A stretch of 60,574 nt of DNA, the filler included, from Hausera hauseri (lineage: Eukaryota), in the NCBI GenBank assembly GCA_046269625.1. It is 11 parts of 11 records of this genome, joined end to end, with 100 filler letters (N's around TTAATTAATTAA, not from the genome) between each part and the next. Parts side by side here need not be neighbours in the genome. Positions count along the whole stretch, not along the records: positions 37,810 to 43,623 come from JBJURY010184750.1; positions 43,724 to 49,051 come from JBJURY010278507.1; 9 more parts are not named here. One strand, given 5' to 3'. Made by a program: the position numbers and the translations under genes. The notes beneath the pieces were generated by a model, which ran no database searches, had not been told where the DNA came from, and saw nothing but the letters and a program-made list of their open reading frames with translations. Below are positions 37,810 through 49,151 of the stretch, one piece after another. Within the stretch, counting starts at the first letter, position 1, and each line of letters begins with the position of its first letter.

Positions 37810-40800
37810 AATACATTATCTGACAAACAAGTTATATCTGGTTCAACAATAGTAGTTAAAGGTCTACCAACGAGAAAATGAGCGGGCGAAAGCGCTTCTA
37901 AATCATTTGCATCATTAGACAAGGGACTAATAGGTCGCGAATTTAAGATACCCTCAACTTCAACTGTAATAGTAAGAAATTCTTCATATGTGAGTTTTAG
38001 ATTACCAATTGCTCTTTTAAGGTGAAATTTAAATGATTTAACTCCAGCTTCCCAGAGTCCACCAAAATGTGGAGCTCTAGGGGGAATAAATTTCCAACGA
38101 ATTGTCTCTGAAGTGAGGTAATTTGCCAGTACTTCATCAGGGTATTTTACTAAATTGTGCAGATGTTTTAATTCACGGCTGGCGCCTATAAAATTGCTTC
38201 CATTATCCGAAAATATAGTGGTACATTTTCCACGTCTAGATATAAATCTTTTCAAAGAAGCAATAAATGAATCTGTAGTTAAGTCCGAAACTAATTCCAA
38301 ATGGATAGAACGTGTAGCTAAGCATATGAAAATTGCGACATAGATTTTATTCAATGTACCCTTACGTTGATTCCTATATTTAACGAAGAACGGACCACAA
38401 AAATCAATGCCAACATTAGTAAATGGAGGACTAGGCGTTACTCGTTCAGTGGGTAAGTTACCCATAATCTGATCTGAAACCTTTGGTTTATTCCTGAAGC
38501 ATACTATACATTCGTGAACTATTTTTCTGGCAATGTTTCTACCTCCCAAAGGCCAGAATTCCTGCCTTACCAAGTAAAGGAGGGTTTGTGCACCAACATG
38601 CAAATACTTACAGTGAAAATATCTCATTATAATCACTGTAAATCTATGACCCCTAGGAAGTAGGATTGGGAATTTTCGATCATATGATAGACTTGAATTC
38701 AGTAATCTACCTCCAACGCGAATAATTTCTAGTTTATCTAAGAAGGGATGCAAGGAACTCACATGAATATTTTTTACCTTGTTTTCGTTTTTAAGGGCTT
38801 TCAATTCATTAGAAAAAGCCGTTACCTGAATCAATTTTATTAACCTAATTTTTGAATCCTGCAACTCCTCATTTGTTAGAGGTCCTACTTTTCTATTGGC
38901 CTTAGCAGTTCTTGAGTTGTGAAGAAACCTGCAAAGAAAACTAAATACACGAATTAATTTTGAGTAACTATTACTTAATTCTAAAAAGTACTCAACAAAG
39001 AAAGTATTGCTTGTAGAAGATAAACTAATTTCTGATTGTCCTTTAAGTTCGGATAAATAAAGATCATCTGAAATGACCGCAGTATCAGGTATAATACTGG
39101 AATCTTCAGCCGAGTCCGGTGTACACTCAGGTCCATACCACCATAAGTCCGCTGCTTCAAGTTCTTGAGGGTTTAAGCCTCTAGATATGATATCTGCAGG
39201 GTTAAGATGCGACGGAATATGCTTCCACTGGTAATTTTCGGTTAAAGTCTGTATTTTCGACACTCTATTGCCGATGAAGGTTTTCAGTCTATGTGGAGGG
39301 GTGTTTATCCAGGCCAATGCGATTGTTGAGTCTGTATAACAAATGATTTCGCAAATATTCATTTGAAGAGAAAGACGAATTCTTTCCACCAGTTGTGACA
39401 GAAGGAGACACGCTGACAACTCCAAACGAGGAATCGAAATGACTTTGACTGGGGCTACTCTAGACTTACTCGCTATAAGCTTATTGACAGCTGTGTCATT
39501 TCCCAATTTACATTGCATGTAAACAGCAGCACCATATGCTGATTCAGAACTATCTGCATACCCTAACATACTAATTCTTTCAAAAGACTCTGTCAGGATA
39601 TATCATGGGATTTTTATATTTTCTATGAGTTTCAAAGAAGTCACAAATTTTGACCATTCCTGTTCGATTGACTGTGGTAGAGTATCTTCCCAGTTTAACT
39701 TTTGAAGCCATAATTTTTGCAAGAAAATCTTAGCCTTTGTAATAACTGGACCAAGGAGGCCCAATGGATCATAAAGTCGAGCAATAACCGACAAAACACC
39801 TCTCTTAGTGTAGAAAGGCTCAACCCTTAAGTCTACTTTAAAAAAGAAATAATCCTCTTTAGGATGCCAATTCATACCCAAAGCCTTGACTGTAGAATGC
39901 TTATCGACAAAAAAAGGTTCTTCGTCATGTGGATCTATACTACTATTTAAAAGTTCAGATGAATTCGAAGTCCATTTGTGAAGTTGCATTCCAGCCTTTT
40001 GAAAAAGTAATGTCAATTGTGTTTGAAGTTCCTGTGCTGATTCCAGATCAGCAGCGCCACTGACAACATCATCCATATAGACATCACGCAAAACTATTTT
40101 TGAAGCTATGGAAAAGGTATGTGCTTCGTCCATAGCAAGTTGCTTGAGAGTTCTTATAGCTAAAAATGGCGCGCAGGCAGTCCCATATGTTACTGTATTC
40201 AAACGATATATAATGGGATTTTCATTTATGTCTGTCGTCCATACGATTCGAAGGAAGTCTCTTTGAGATGGCTCAATTAAAATTTGACGAAACATTTGTT
40301 TAATGTCCGCAGTAAATGCATATTTATGTGTTCGAAATCTAGTCATTATATCAAAGATATCTTCAGTAACCTCGCCCTTCAACAAAAAATCGTTAAGAGA
40401 TTGACCAGAAGGTGCAGGTGATGACGCATTGAAGACCACACGAAGTTTAGTTGTTGGTTTATCTGGTCGATATACGCCATGGTGTGGAAGATAATAGCAA
40501 TTATCAGGCCAGTGTTTATTGTCTATCCTTTCCATATGACCCAAATTTTCATATTCCAACATGAAATTTCTATAAAGTTCTTGCATTGGTGGGTTTCTTG
40601 ACAATCTTCGATTTAACTGCCTCAACCGTAATTCAGCAATGCATTTGGAATCACCCAAGAAATCAACTTCCTCTCTCATTGGCATCGTGACAATGTAACG
40701 ACCAGTTTCATCACGCCTATGAGTACGCTTAAAATGCTCTTCACAATATTTAGTCTCCTCACTCATAATTGTCTGACTCAAATCAACTTCTTCTAATTTC

Positions 40801-42725
40801 CAAAATTTTTCTAAACAACTATCAATATCAGAAATCCGAGAAAGACCACAATAACCATATGTTTGCCGTGTCGTTTCAACTAGACCACTGGCTATATACC
40901 CAAATACAGTATTTTGAAATATAAGAGACTTCAAAGAAGTGCGAACATGATTACCCTTAACAATGTCAAAAGATATATCTGCTCCGAATAAAATATCAAC
41001 CTTTGATGGTGCCATAAATTTAGGATCCGCCAAGGTCGAATAATGTGGAATTTCTATGCCATCGATGGTCAAATAATTTGCAGGAACCATATCCGTAATC
41101 TTAGCAACCACCAGAAAATTCAATGATGTCGAAAATGAACCATTGAAATTTGAAATTCGTGTGAAAACACTATATTTCACATTAACTATGTTTTCACTTA
41201 ATCCAGAAATTGCGACGTTTACCTTTTGATTACTTAAACCAAGTTCAGTAGCAAATTTTGACGTAATCAAATTACTTTGGCTTCCGTTATCCAGAAGCAC
41301 TCTTCCCCGTATATAGCTATTCTTCTGGGGTGACCATACCCAAATAAGAGCCGTTGAAAGCAAAACAGTTTTATTCGATGAATTCTGCATAGCAGAAAAA
41401 TTATGAACAGTTTGATTACTTTTATTCAATTGATTTATTTCAGTGGAAGCATCAGTAGACATTGGCAGTTTAACTGCAGAATTTCCTTCAGAAGAGGGTG
41501 CTGAAATTAATTCTTTAGTAGAAGCATTTGTTTCACTCGAGGACTTATTCTGATTTCTGCATAAAAGATAATTATGCTTTTCCGAACATATTCGACAACA
41601 ATAACTTGAGTTACATGTAGCTAATTTATGAGAATCAGACAAGCAATTTAAACAGAGGTTATGCTTTTTTACAAACTTAAATCTCTCAACAGGGGTCAAA
41701 TTTAAGAACAAGGTACATCTATATATGACATGTGGCTTTTTACACATAACACATAAATTACTGTTCTTATTAACCACAAAGCTTTTTCTTTTATTTGAAC
41801 TAACTTTTGGTTTCAGTAAAGGTAACTGAACCCCTTGTAAATTCTCTAACACTTGAGAACGCTTTTCTAGGAATTCAATAAATTTGTCCCATTTAGGTAA
41901 CTCAGTCGACGTTAAACTCATCTCAAACAGCTTACGTGTATCTTTATCTAATTTTTGCACAATAATATTTATTAAAATTTGTTGTGCTAGTTCAGTAAGT
42001 TCGAGCTTCATCAATTTTAAACCTCTCAAATTTTTATTTATTACATCGACAAGATTTCTTAAATGTGTAGACGATTCTACGTTAAGCCTTTCTGTATTCA
42101 AAATATTTAAGATGTGCGTATTTACAATTAAACGCTTATTTTCAAATCTTTCCATTAATACATTCATCAATGAATGAAAAGTATCTTCCGGCGTTTCAAT
42201 TTGTTTGACATCCCCTTTTAACGCCGAACGTAAATAAAATAATCTCTGTATATCGTTTAAAGCAGAGTTATTAGTAATTAGACTATCAAATTGCGATTTA
42301 AAATTGTTCCAATTATCAACTTGTCCATCAAATTCAGGTAGCTTAATATCAGGAAGTTTTACAGAACTAACATTAACTTTATTGTCAATACCAGACTGTA
42401 AACATTCACCAAGTTCAAATAAAGTTTTTTGCAAGCCTACCTTCGCTTCCTCCAAGTCTTCTTCCATAGCATCGAACTGCGAATCCATTTCCGGAAGTTG
42501 CTCGTCTTCTAAAAGTTCGTAATATTTCTGTTTCAACGCCTTTAATTCAATAGTAATTTCAGCAACACCTTCTATTTTACTTCTTATTTTGTACCTATTA
42601 GCCGACGCAACCTTTTCCTTCAAAAATGTTTGCAACTTCGTAATTCTAGCCCTATAGTTGCCTTTATTACGATTTAAAGTTTTTAGCCTTTCTTCAATGG
42701 CGGCTTTCTGTTCAGGAGTCGACAT
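37810..42725 (-). CDS. BEL/Pao Gag-Pol polyprotein with one premature TGA at 39603-39605; continues at 43546-43246 across the circular join
   Basis: The 1108-aa and 603-aa ORFs are in the same frame; KIP*YIL replaces the usual IPR (CGA>TGA). Confidence 0.9.
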
Positions 42726-42798
42726 TTTGCAGCAAAACGAATTGGTCTCAAACGAAGAAGTAAACATATAATTTTCAAATTTTAACCTTTCACAGTTT

Positions 42799-42818
42799 AC
42801 TCCGGCTACCAAGGACCA
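42799..42818 (-). promoter_or_regulatory. Primer binding site (tRNA-Tyr-like)
   Basis: TGGTCCTTGGTAGCCGGAGT, 6 nt after the LTR end; resembles TGGTCCTTCGAGCCGGA. Confidence 0.7.
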
Positions 42819-42824
42819 AAAATA

Positions 42825-43235
42825 TGTTGTGTTCTTTTTGTGGACTGTAAATTTCGAGTTAAAAATAACAACTAAAAAATCCAGACAATATTTTATTTTC
42901 AATTTAAGATGCCGACTACATCCTTTCAACTTAATAGCGAACTAACCACACGAGCAACAACTCACGATCGAGTCGCGCCCTTTTGGGGTTACTATTTTTG
43001 GCAGAGCGTCAAGCCTGACTTGGCGCCCGTTACCGAGGAAACGGATGCGCCAACATCCCGCCCGACGCTGCAGTGTCACACGACACACAAGAATTTAAGT
43101 TGACAAACAAATGCAACAATTGAATACTAACAAAATTTTAAAAATGTTAAAATTAAATGCAATACAAAAGAATTAAAATATAAATGACATAAGTGATTTA
43201 AAAATTTCAATATTTACAATAAAATGACATAAACA
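42825..43235 (-). repeat. BEL/Pao LTR (~411 bp)
   Basis: TGTT...AACA between the pol stop (43246) and the PBS. The 5' boundary is less certain because the PPT is weak. Confidence 0.7.
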
Positions 43236-43623
43236 TCCTTTACAATTAATCAGTTCTTATTGGCAAAATTGCCAATTTAGCAATGGGGCGTTTCAAGAGG
43301 CCCGACTTAGTTTTAACAAGACAAACTCTTGCCCTTTTATCTTTACCCAATATGACCTCTACTATTCTGCCCAACAGCCAAGTTGTACAAGGCAAGTTGT
43401 CTTCCTTTATGAGCACCATTGCCCCTGGAACAACATTATCCTTATCAAATTGCCATTTTGATCTTTGCTGGCAGTGATTCAAGTAATCACGTTGCCATCG
43501 CTTCCAAAGATATTGCGTAATTTTTGTAGTACGCTGCCATCGCTTCAATACATTATCTGACAAACAAGTTATATCTGGTTCAACAATAGTAGTTAAAGGT
43601 CTACCAACGAGAAAATGAGCGGG

Positions 43624-43723
43624 NNNNNNNNNNNNNNNNNNNNNNNNNNNNNNNNNNNNNNNNNNNNTTAATTAATTAANNNNNNNNNNNNNNNNNNNNN
43701 NNNNNNNNNNNNNNNNNNNNNNN
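43624..43723. other. Artificial contig-join spacer
   Basis: N44-TTAATTAATTAA-N44. Confidence 0.99.
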
Positions 43724-44585
43724 CTGGGTTCCATTTAAACATTGGTTTTGACATTTGGCCAAAAGCTCCTGTACTACCCGGAACTTTCGTGGACAGCGGA
43801 TATACCTGTCCTCTTAACGTCTGAGGTTTTGAATAATTTTTGATGTACGACATCTCGGAACCCGTATCGATTAACGCATAAACTTCCCAATCTTCAATAA
43901 CGATTTTGGCAAAAGGTATTCCTTCGATCACTGTTCCGAAACAGTTTGATGATACTTTCGAACGTTTAGTCGCTGATATTTTGTGTCCGTTTATTCTTAC
44001 TTCAGGGGCGGATACTATGTTTTCCGATATCTGTCTTAATTATTCGTTTGGATATATTTCGTTGTTTTCTACGTGCATTTCTTCCATTTCATGAGTGCTA
44101 TTTAGCGGCTCCCCATTGTTAGTATGTAGTTTAGTATGTTGGAAGGTTTTTAATCTTGGGTTGTCCCAAACCGTCGATCTACTTTCGATATTCTTAGGTT
44201 CTCTCGGTGAATGCAATATTTTGGGATCAACTGCGGATTGCCGCTAACACATTTTCCGTAAAATCCCATATAGTTTTGTTCCATCATAAGGATTTTCTAC
44301 ATTAATTGTTCTTTTATAGATTTCCGTTTTATATGAGCTCATGGATCGTTTGTCACAATCTTCGTAAAATAGAGCGGTAGGGAGTAACATGGGTAATGGC
44401 GCTTTAACTACAGAGTACACCTTGTGTCTATTTATCCCTGAGAATGCTTCTCCTCTTTTAGGCTCGTCATCATCTGAATTATTTCTTCGTATAATAGGTT
44501 TTGTAGACTTCCGCTTCCGTAGGAATAACGGTCTCCCTCTTCGTTTACAATTATAGTAATCGACATGACGTTCTACGTCCGCTTT

Positions 44586-46325
44586 CTATCTACTCTTTTC
44601 GTATGCTTTTAAAAATTTTCCAAAAGGCGTTATAATTGCAGTCAGAATTTTATATGAAAATCCGGTTAGTGTAAATATTTCGTATTCGTTTATCACGGCT
44701 TGGATAACTGCCTTAATCATTTGTATCAAAAAATATATCTCTAAAAATCCTGATGCGGCTTGTCCAAAATTTAAAAATCTTCCCCAGATTTTGTAGAGTA
44801 TTTCGGTTGTCACTCTCTGATAGTGGATTACGCCTAGTAATGATTCTCATTTAGCCTGATATCGTGTGTCGTCTACTACAGATGACATCGCTCGATTTAG
44901 CTCATGCTTTCGTTGTCGTAGGAAGGCGAGAAATTGTCTGAAGGCCTCAATTTCCGTCGGTATGTATATACCTTTTGACGAGGTGTCTTGAAATTTACCG
45001 TCTGTGATACCCTTCGCGATATTCGTCCCTGCTAGCTTGTTACGAACATCAGTGATACCTCCATTAGGTAAACTAACCCAGTCTGTTTCGTTATGTCTAA
45101 ACATTGGCTCTCCTAAGCTTGCTTTACAATCCTTAAGAATGGTCGGTTGTGTCGCGTTATCCAACAACACTCTCGTCAATGGCGTAGCTAATCTCGGAGT
45201 ATTCTGATAAATAACAGGAAGTTCTTGGATGCAACGTTTTTCTTCTACGTTGATGGGAACTTCTCTCTTTTCACATTAATAGGTTAGTAATACTTCGCCA
45301 ATTTGCAGTCATTTATTATCATTTTATGATATAACTCCGTTATTCTGACTTGTCTTTATAGTAAAAATAATCATCCCCATTTTTCAGGTAGTCCTCAATC
45401 CAAACATCTTGCGTTTCCAATTTGTAGGTCCTCGCATTTATCTCCGTTTCGGCTACAAAGAATGCTTCATAGTTCGTGGCGAACATTACTACATCGCAAC
45501 GAGTCATCATTTCTGTTTTATAAATTTTAATCCACGCGGGTCTGAGATTAATATAGTCGGTGTAGGGTGTTCCGATACATCTTCGCATGTTCTCGTCTTA
45601 GTCTCCGATTTGTCTACATATCGTTTTGCGGTAGTTTCATTAAATTTTAACTCTTTAATTTTGATAAAGTTACAGCTTCTTTCAGAGGGAGATTACCATA
45701 TTATGACCGAACTTCTAAAATCACAGGTCCCGTCTTGTAAATGGCATTTCTGATTCTCTGTGTATAACTATGTGACACTATGGAACATTACCTTTTGTGA
45801 TCGCATTTCTGATTCGTAGAAATCCACAACTACCACGTTTGGTTCTAATCCCTTTCTGTTATCGTATTCTGCTCCATTACAATGTCCGGTATGATTATTC
45901 AGCCTTCCAGCTACTACTTTGTATGCTCTGATTATCTTTCCTGGTTCATTTCTAATTGCATACTGTCCCATTGTACCCTTCCATTCTCTTTGGCTTGTTT
46001 GCCATGTTGACGTTCTAAATTCATTGGAATTATCGGAGTAGTTGGCTTAATTATGGAGGAATGTCCGTGCATTAGGCCACAGTGGAAAATGCTACGGGAT
46101 CGCCTCAACATGCATTCCATTCCGTATAACGATATCAGTTTTTGTTGTTGATACAGGAAGTAACTTTTCCCTCTTGTTTCTAGTTTGTGCGGTCTGGCAT
46201 CCTCGCATACTTCTAGATCAATTAAGGAATATCTCTGTCCTAATTTAAACTTATCGCAATCATAGACGGCTACCGCACTTATATGCTTTATTAACATCAG
46301 TAAGGTAAGCAATCTAATTAGCCAA
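44586..46325 (-). pseudogene. Chuvirus-like envelope glycoprotein with C-terminal membrane segments
   Basis: AVYDC...FHCGLMHGHSSI...KGIY...WGRFLNFGQAASGFLEIYFLIQMIKAVIQAVIN..EIFTLTGFSYKILTAII. Confidence 0.85.
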
Positions 46326-47043
46326 TTTGATTCATTTTTCCGACCTCCAACGTCTGACGTCGTCAGACTACGTAACATATCGTCGAGTTTATTGTTGTTT
46401 CGTTTGTCTTCTTCCTTGTCAAGTAGTCTCGTCCAATTTACTTCGCAAGGCATTCTTCTTGCTGCTCTTCGTGCTAAGCTTATAGCCCGATTGATTTCAT
46501 TCTATCGATTAGGATTTATTTTGATAGCTATGTATAGCAATACTTTTCTCAATTCTTCATTCGTGTTTTCTGCCATGATCTTTTCAATTACCGATTCATC
46601 AGTTAAATTGCTTTTCGATAGTTTAAAACGCGAACTTCGCATCATTTGGGTGCATCGAAATTTATCTTTTCTTTATCATTTAACATATCTCCTCGAAAAC
46701 TAGAATAATTCATAATTCGTATTAAATTTTTCCTTAACCTGCTTAATTCCTCATTCTCGGTGTTAAGGGTTGGAATCGACATCTGCCTCAATTCTCTAAT
46801 TGACTCTCCATTGTAATCCACCTCTTCTCGCACTTTTCTAGGTATGCTTACTGGGCGTTTCGGTCTTGGACCCTTAGTGGTTGCTTTGCTTAGTGGTACT
46901 AAATTTATGTCGTATTGTTCTTTATCTTCGTCCATTTGCAAATACTCAAAATGTAGTGCAGCGTCTCGGACTCCCATGATCTATCCTACGCATTGTTCTG
47001 TTTTGGCTCTACGTGTAGCTTCTTCTTTTGTCTCTTCCTTAGC

Positions 47044-47268
47044 TATTACTACCACTATCCGATATGTTTCGTCAGGAATAATCCCGACATCTATTAATTG
47101 TTCCAAGTCATCTAGTATTCTACCTCTACAATAAAATCTGTAGTTTAACTCGTTCGTTCCACCATTGTTTACCGGCCATTCTCTTACGTCCTTTACGTAG
47201 GAATGTGAAGTCAACTCGCACTCTTTTTCATCCATCCATTCGGATGACACCATTACTTTTATTGTCAC
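47044..47268 (-). other. Ubiquitin-like domain (family B copy 2)
   Basis: VTIKVMVSSEWMDEKECELTSHSYVKDVREW..NNGGTNELNYRFYCRGRILDDLEQLIDVGIIPDETYRIVVVI. Confidence 0.68.
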
Positions 47269-49051
47269 TTCGGGGCTAGCCCTCAAGATTTTAGCGTACT
47301 TCCTTATCAAAAGTTTCGGCACCGTACTATAAATCGTGTTTTCGCTAGACAATTTAGTTAAAGTTGGGATGCGTTGTCGTAATTTATTCTCGGTAATATT
47401 TTCATTAATTAATTCAATCAAATCCTTTTCAGTTAGCGCTGAATCTAGTAGCATCTCTACATTGAACCTCCTGTCCTGCGGACATGTTTCTGTTTCGTTT
47501 AGTTGTACTGGAGTCGTAGATTTTCCGGTAAGTATTTCGTCGAAATATGCATCCCATTCGGGTTCGTTTCAGGCATCCGGAAGTCGATAGTCCACTAAAG
47601 CTGTATTGGCTCTTTGAATGTTTTCCCGAATTTCCTTTAATCTAGGTTGTATTTCTTTCATTTGCGTAGTTAGGTAACCTACTCCATTTCCACGGGCATA
47701 CAGAATCATTTTCAGTAATTTGCCCAATTCGTTCGGGCCAACCAGCCCTTTCTCGTGATAATCTGTCAATTCGGGAATCATATCTTTTTGCCATCTTTGT
47801 ACAAATTCTCCGATTCGGTAAAAGCATATTTATTTCGATAGACTCCAAGCTCTTTTGTTATATCATCTAACCTTTTCTCTGTTTGTTTTGTCTTGATACA
47901 TGTTTCTTCTACTTCCTGTATCTTGAGCATCAACCGCATCATCTGCTCATCACTGATTTCTGCCATTTCCACTAATAAATAGGCTAGCTCATACAGCTTA
48001 TTTATAACCTTTTAATCAGGGTCCATTGCATACGACAATTTCTTTACAAACTTGTATTCCTGAAAGCTGTAATGTGGGTCTTTTGGATTTCTATCAACTT
48101 TGTATGTAAATTCTGGTCTGATCCGACCATCCATTCTTCAGGTTTGTGTAAAAACCTTATTGCGTCCATTAACGTATCTCGGCATCCTGGACAAATGTCC
48201 AAGATTTCAATGTCTAGTACAGAAATTTCGTCGATTGGTTTCCCGGTTAAATATTGAATCCCTTCTAGCCGGATATTTCTTAACTTTGAATATGCATCGG
48301 AAATCATATTCCGTTTTTCCTTAAAGTTTGTCTCTTCGATCAATTTGTATATTTCCTCCATCGTCGACGCTTCCCGTTCCTTTTTCATAAATTTTAGTCG
48401 TCGTAGCACTTCAAATTGATTACGGATGTCTATTTCTATCCGCAACGTAGCTAAATCGTGTGCACTTTACTCTAATTGCTTCTTCACCGTTGGCTCGCTT
48501 TGAGGAAATTCTGTTTTACGATCTTCTATCAATTTGGTTAGTAGCGTTACTAACTCGGACTATTCCGACAATTGATTTGCGATTACAGGTTTCGCCATTA
48601 TGGCTTTATTTAGGATCTTATAGGCATCTTCTAACTCATCGTCTGGTACTTTTAGGAATTTCATAACTCGACCGACATAACTAAACTCGTCCCTATACTC
48701 GTCCAATTCTACGATACAAGCCTTTATTGCATATTAAGTATCCTCGTTGTTTGGGAACATAATTAAATTTCTCAAACTATAGATCTGTGCTCCTATTTCA
48801 TTTTCGATTTTAATACGACTCTCTAAATTCGTATATCGTCTATGTACGGCAAACGTGAGTTTAATCATCTCCATTAAGGGAAGAATATCTACTAGGTCTA
48901 TACCCAATATTTCTAAGTCGATATTACTTCGATGGTTAACCGGTTTTTCCATAAGTCGTTTAGTCATTGCGTATCGAATTTCGTCCATCATACGTTCTAA
49001 ATTACGGACTACTCTCTTCAATTTTGGGTTTTCCTCCAAAGTCGATAATAG

Positions 49052-49151
49052 NNNNNNNNNNNNNNNNNNNNNNNNNNNNNNNNNNNNNNNNNNNNTTAAT
49101 TAATTAANNNNNNNNNNNNNNNNNNNNNNNNNNNNNNNNNNNNNNNNNNNN
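49052..49151. other. Artificial contig-join spacer
   Basis: N44-TTAATTAATTAA-N44. Confidence 0.99.

Larger units (their letters stand above)
37810..43623 (-). mobile_element. BEL/Pao LTR retrotransposon, complete, circularly permuted with a single LTR
   Basis: Gag (LPDIKLPEFDG; triple Cys/His knuckles), protease LLDNGSQ, RT (YLPHHGV, ADIKQMF, VYMDD), Pao RNase H, integrase (GIDFCGP, SDNGSNF, GLWEAG), C-terminal W.LGRI. Contig ends overlap by 77 bp. Confidence 0.96.
43724..49051 (-). mobile_element. Envelope-bearing LTR retrotransposon (family B, copy 2): helical region, UBL, full glycoprotein with TM, linker, protease
   Basis: Collinear with 9822-14000; retains the TM segment; protease ALIDTGSEMSYI at ~43880. 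Confidence 0.85.
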
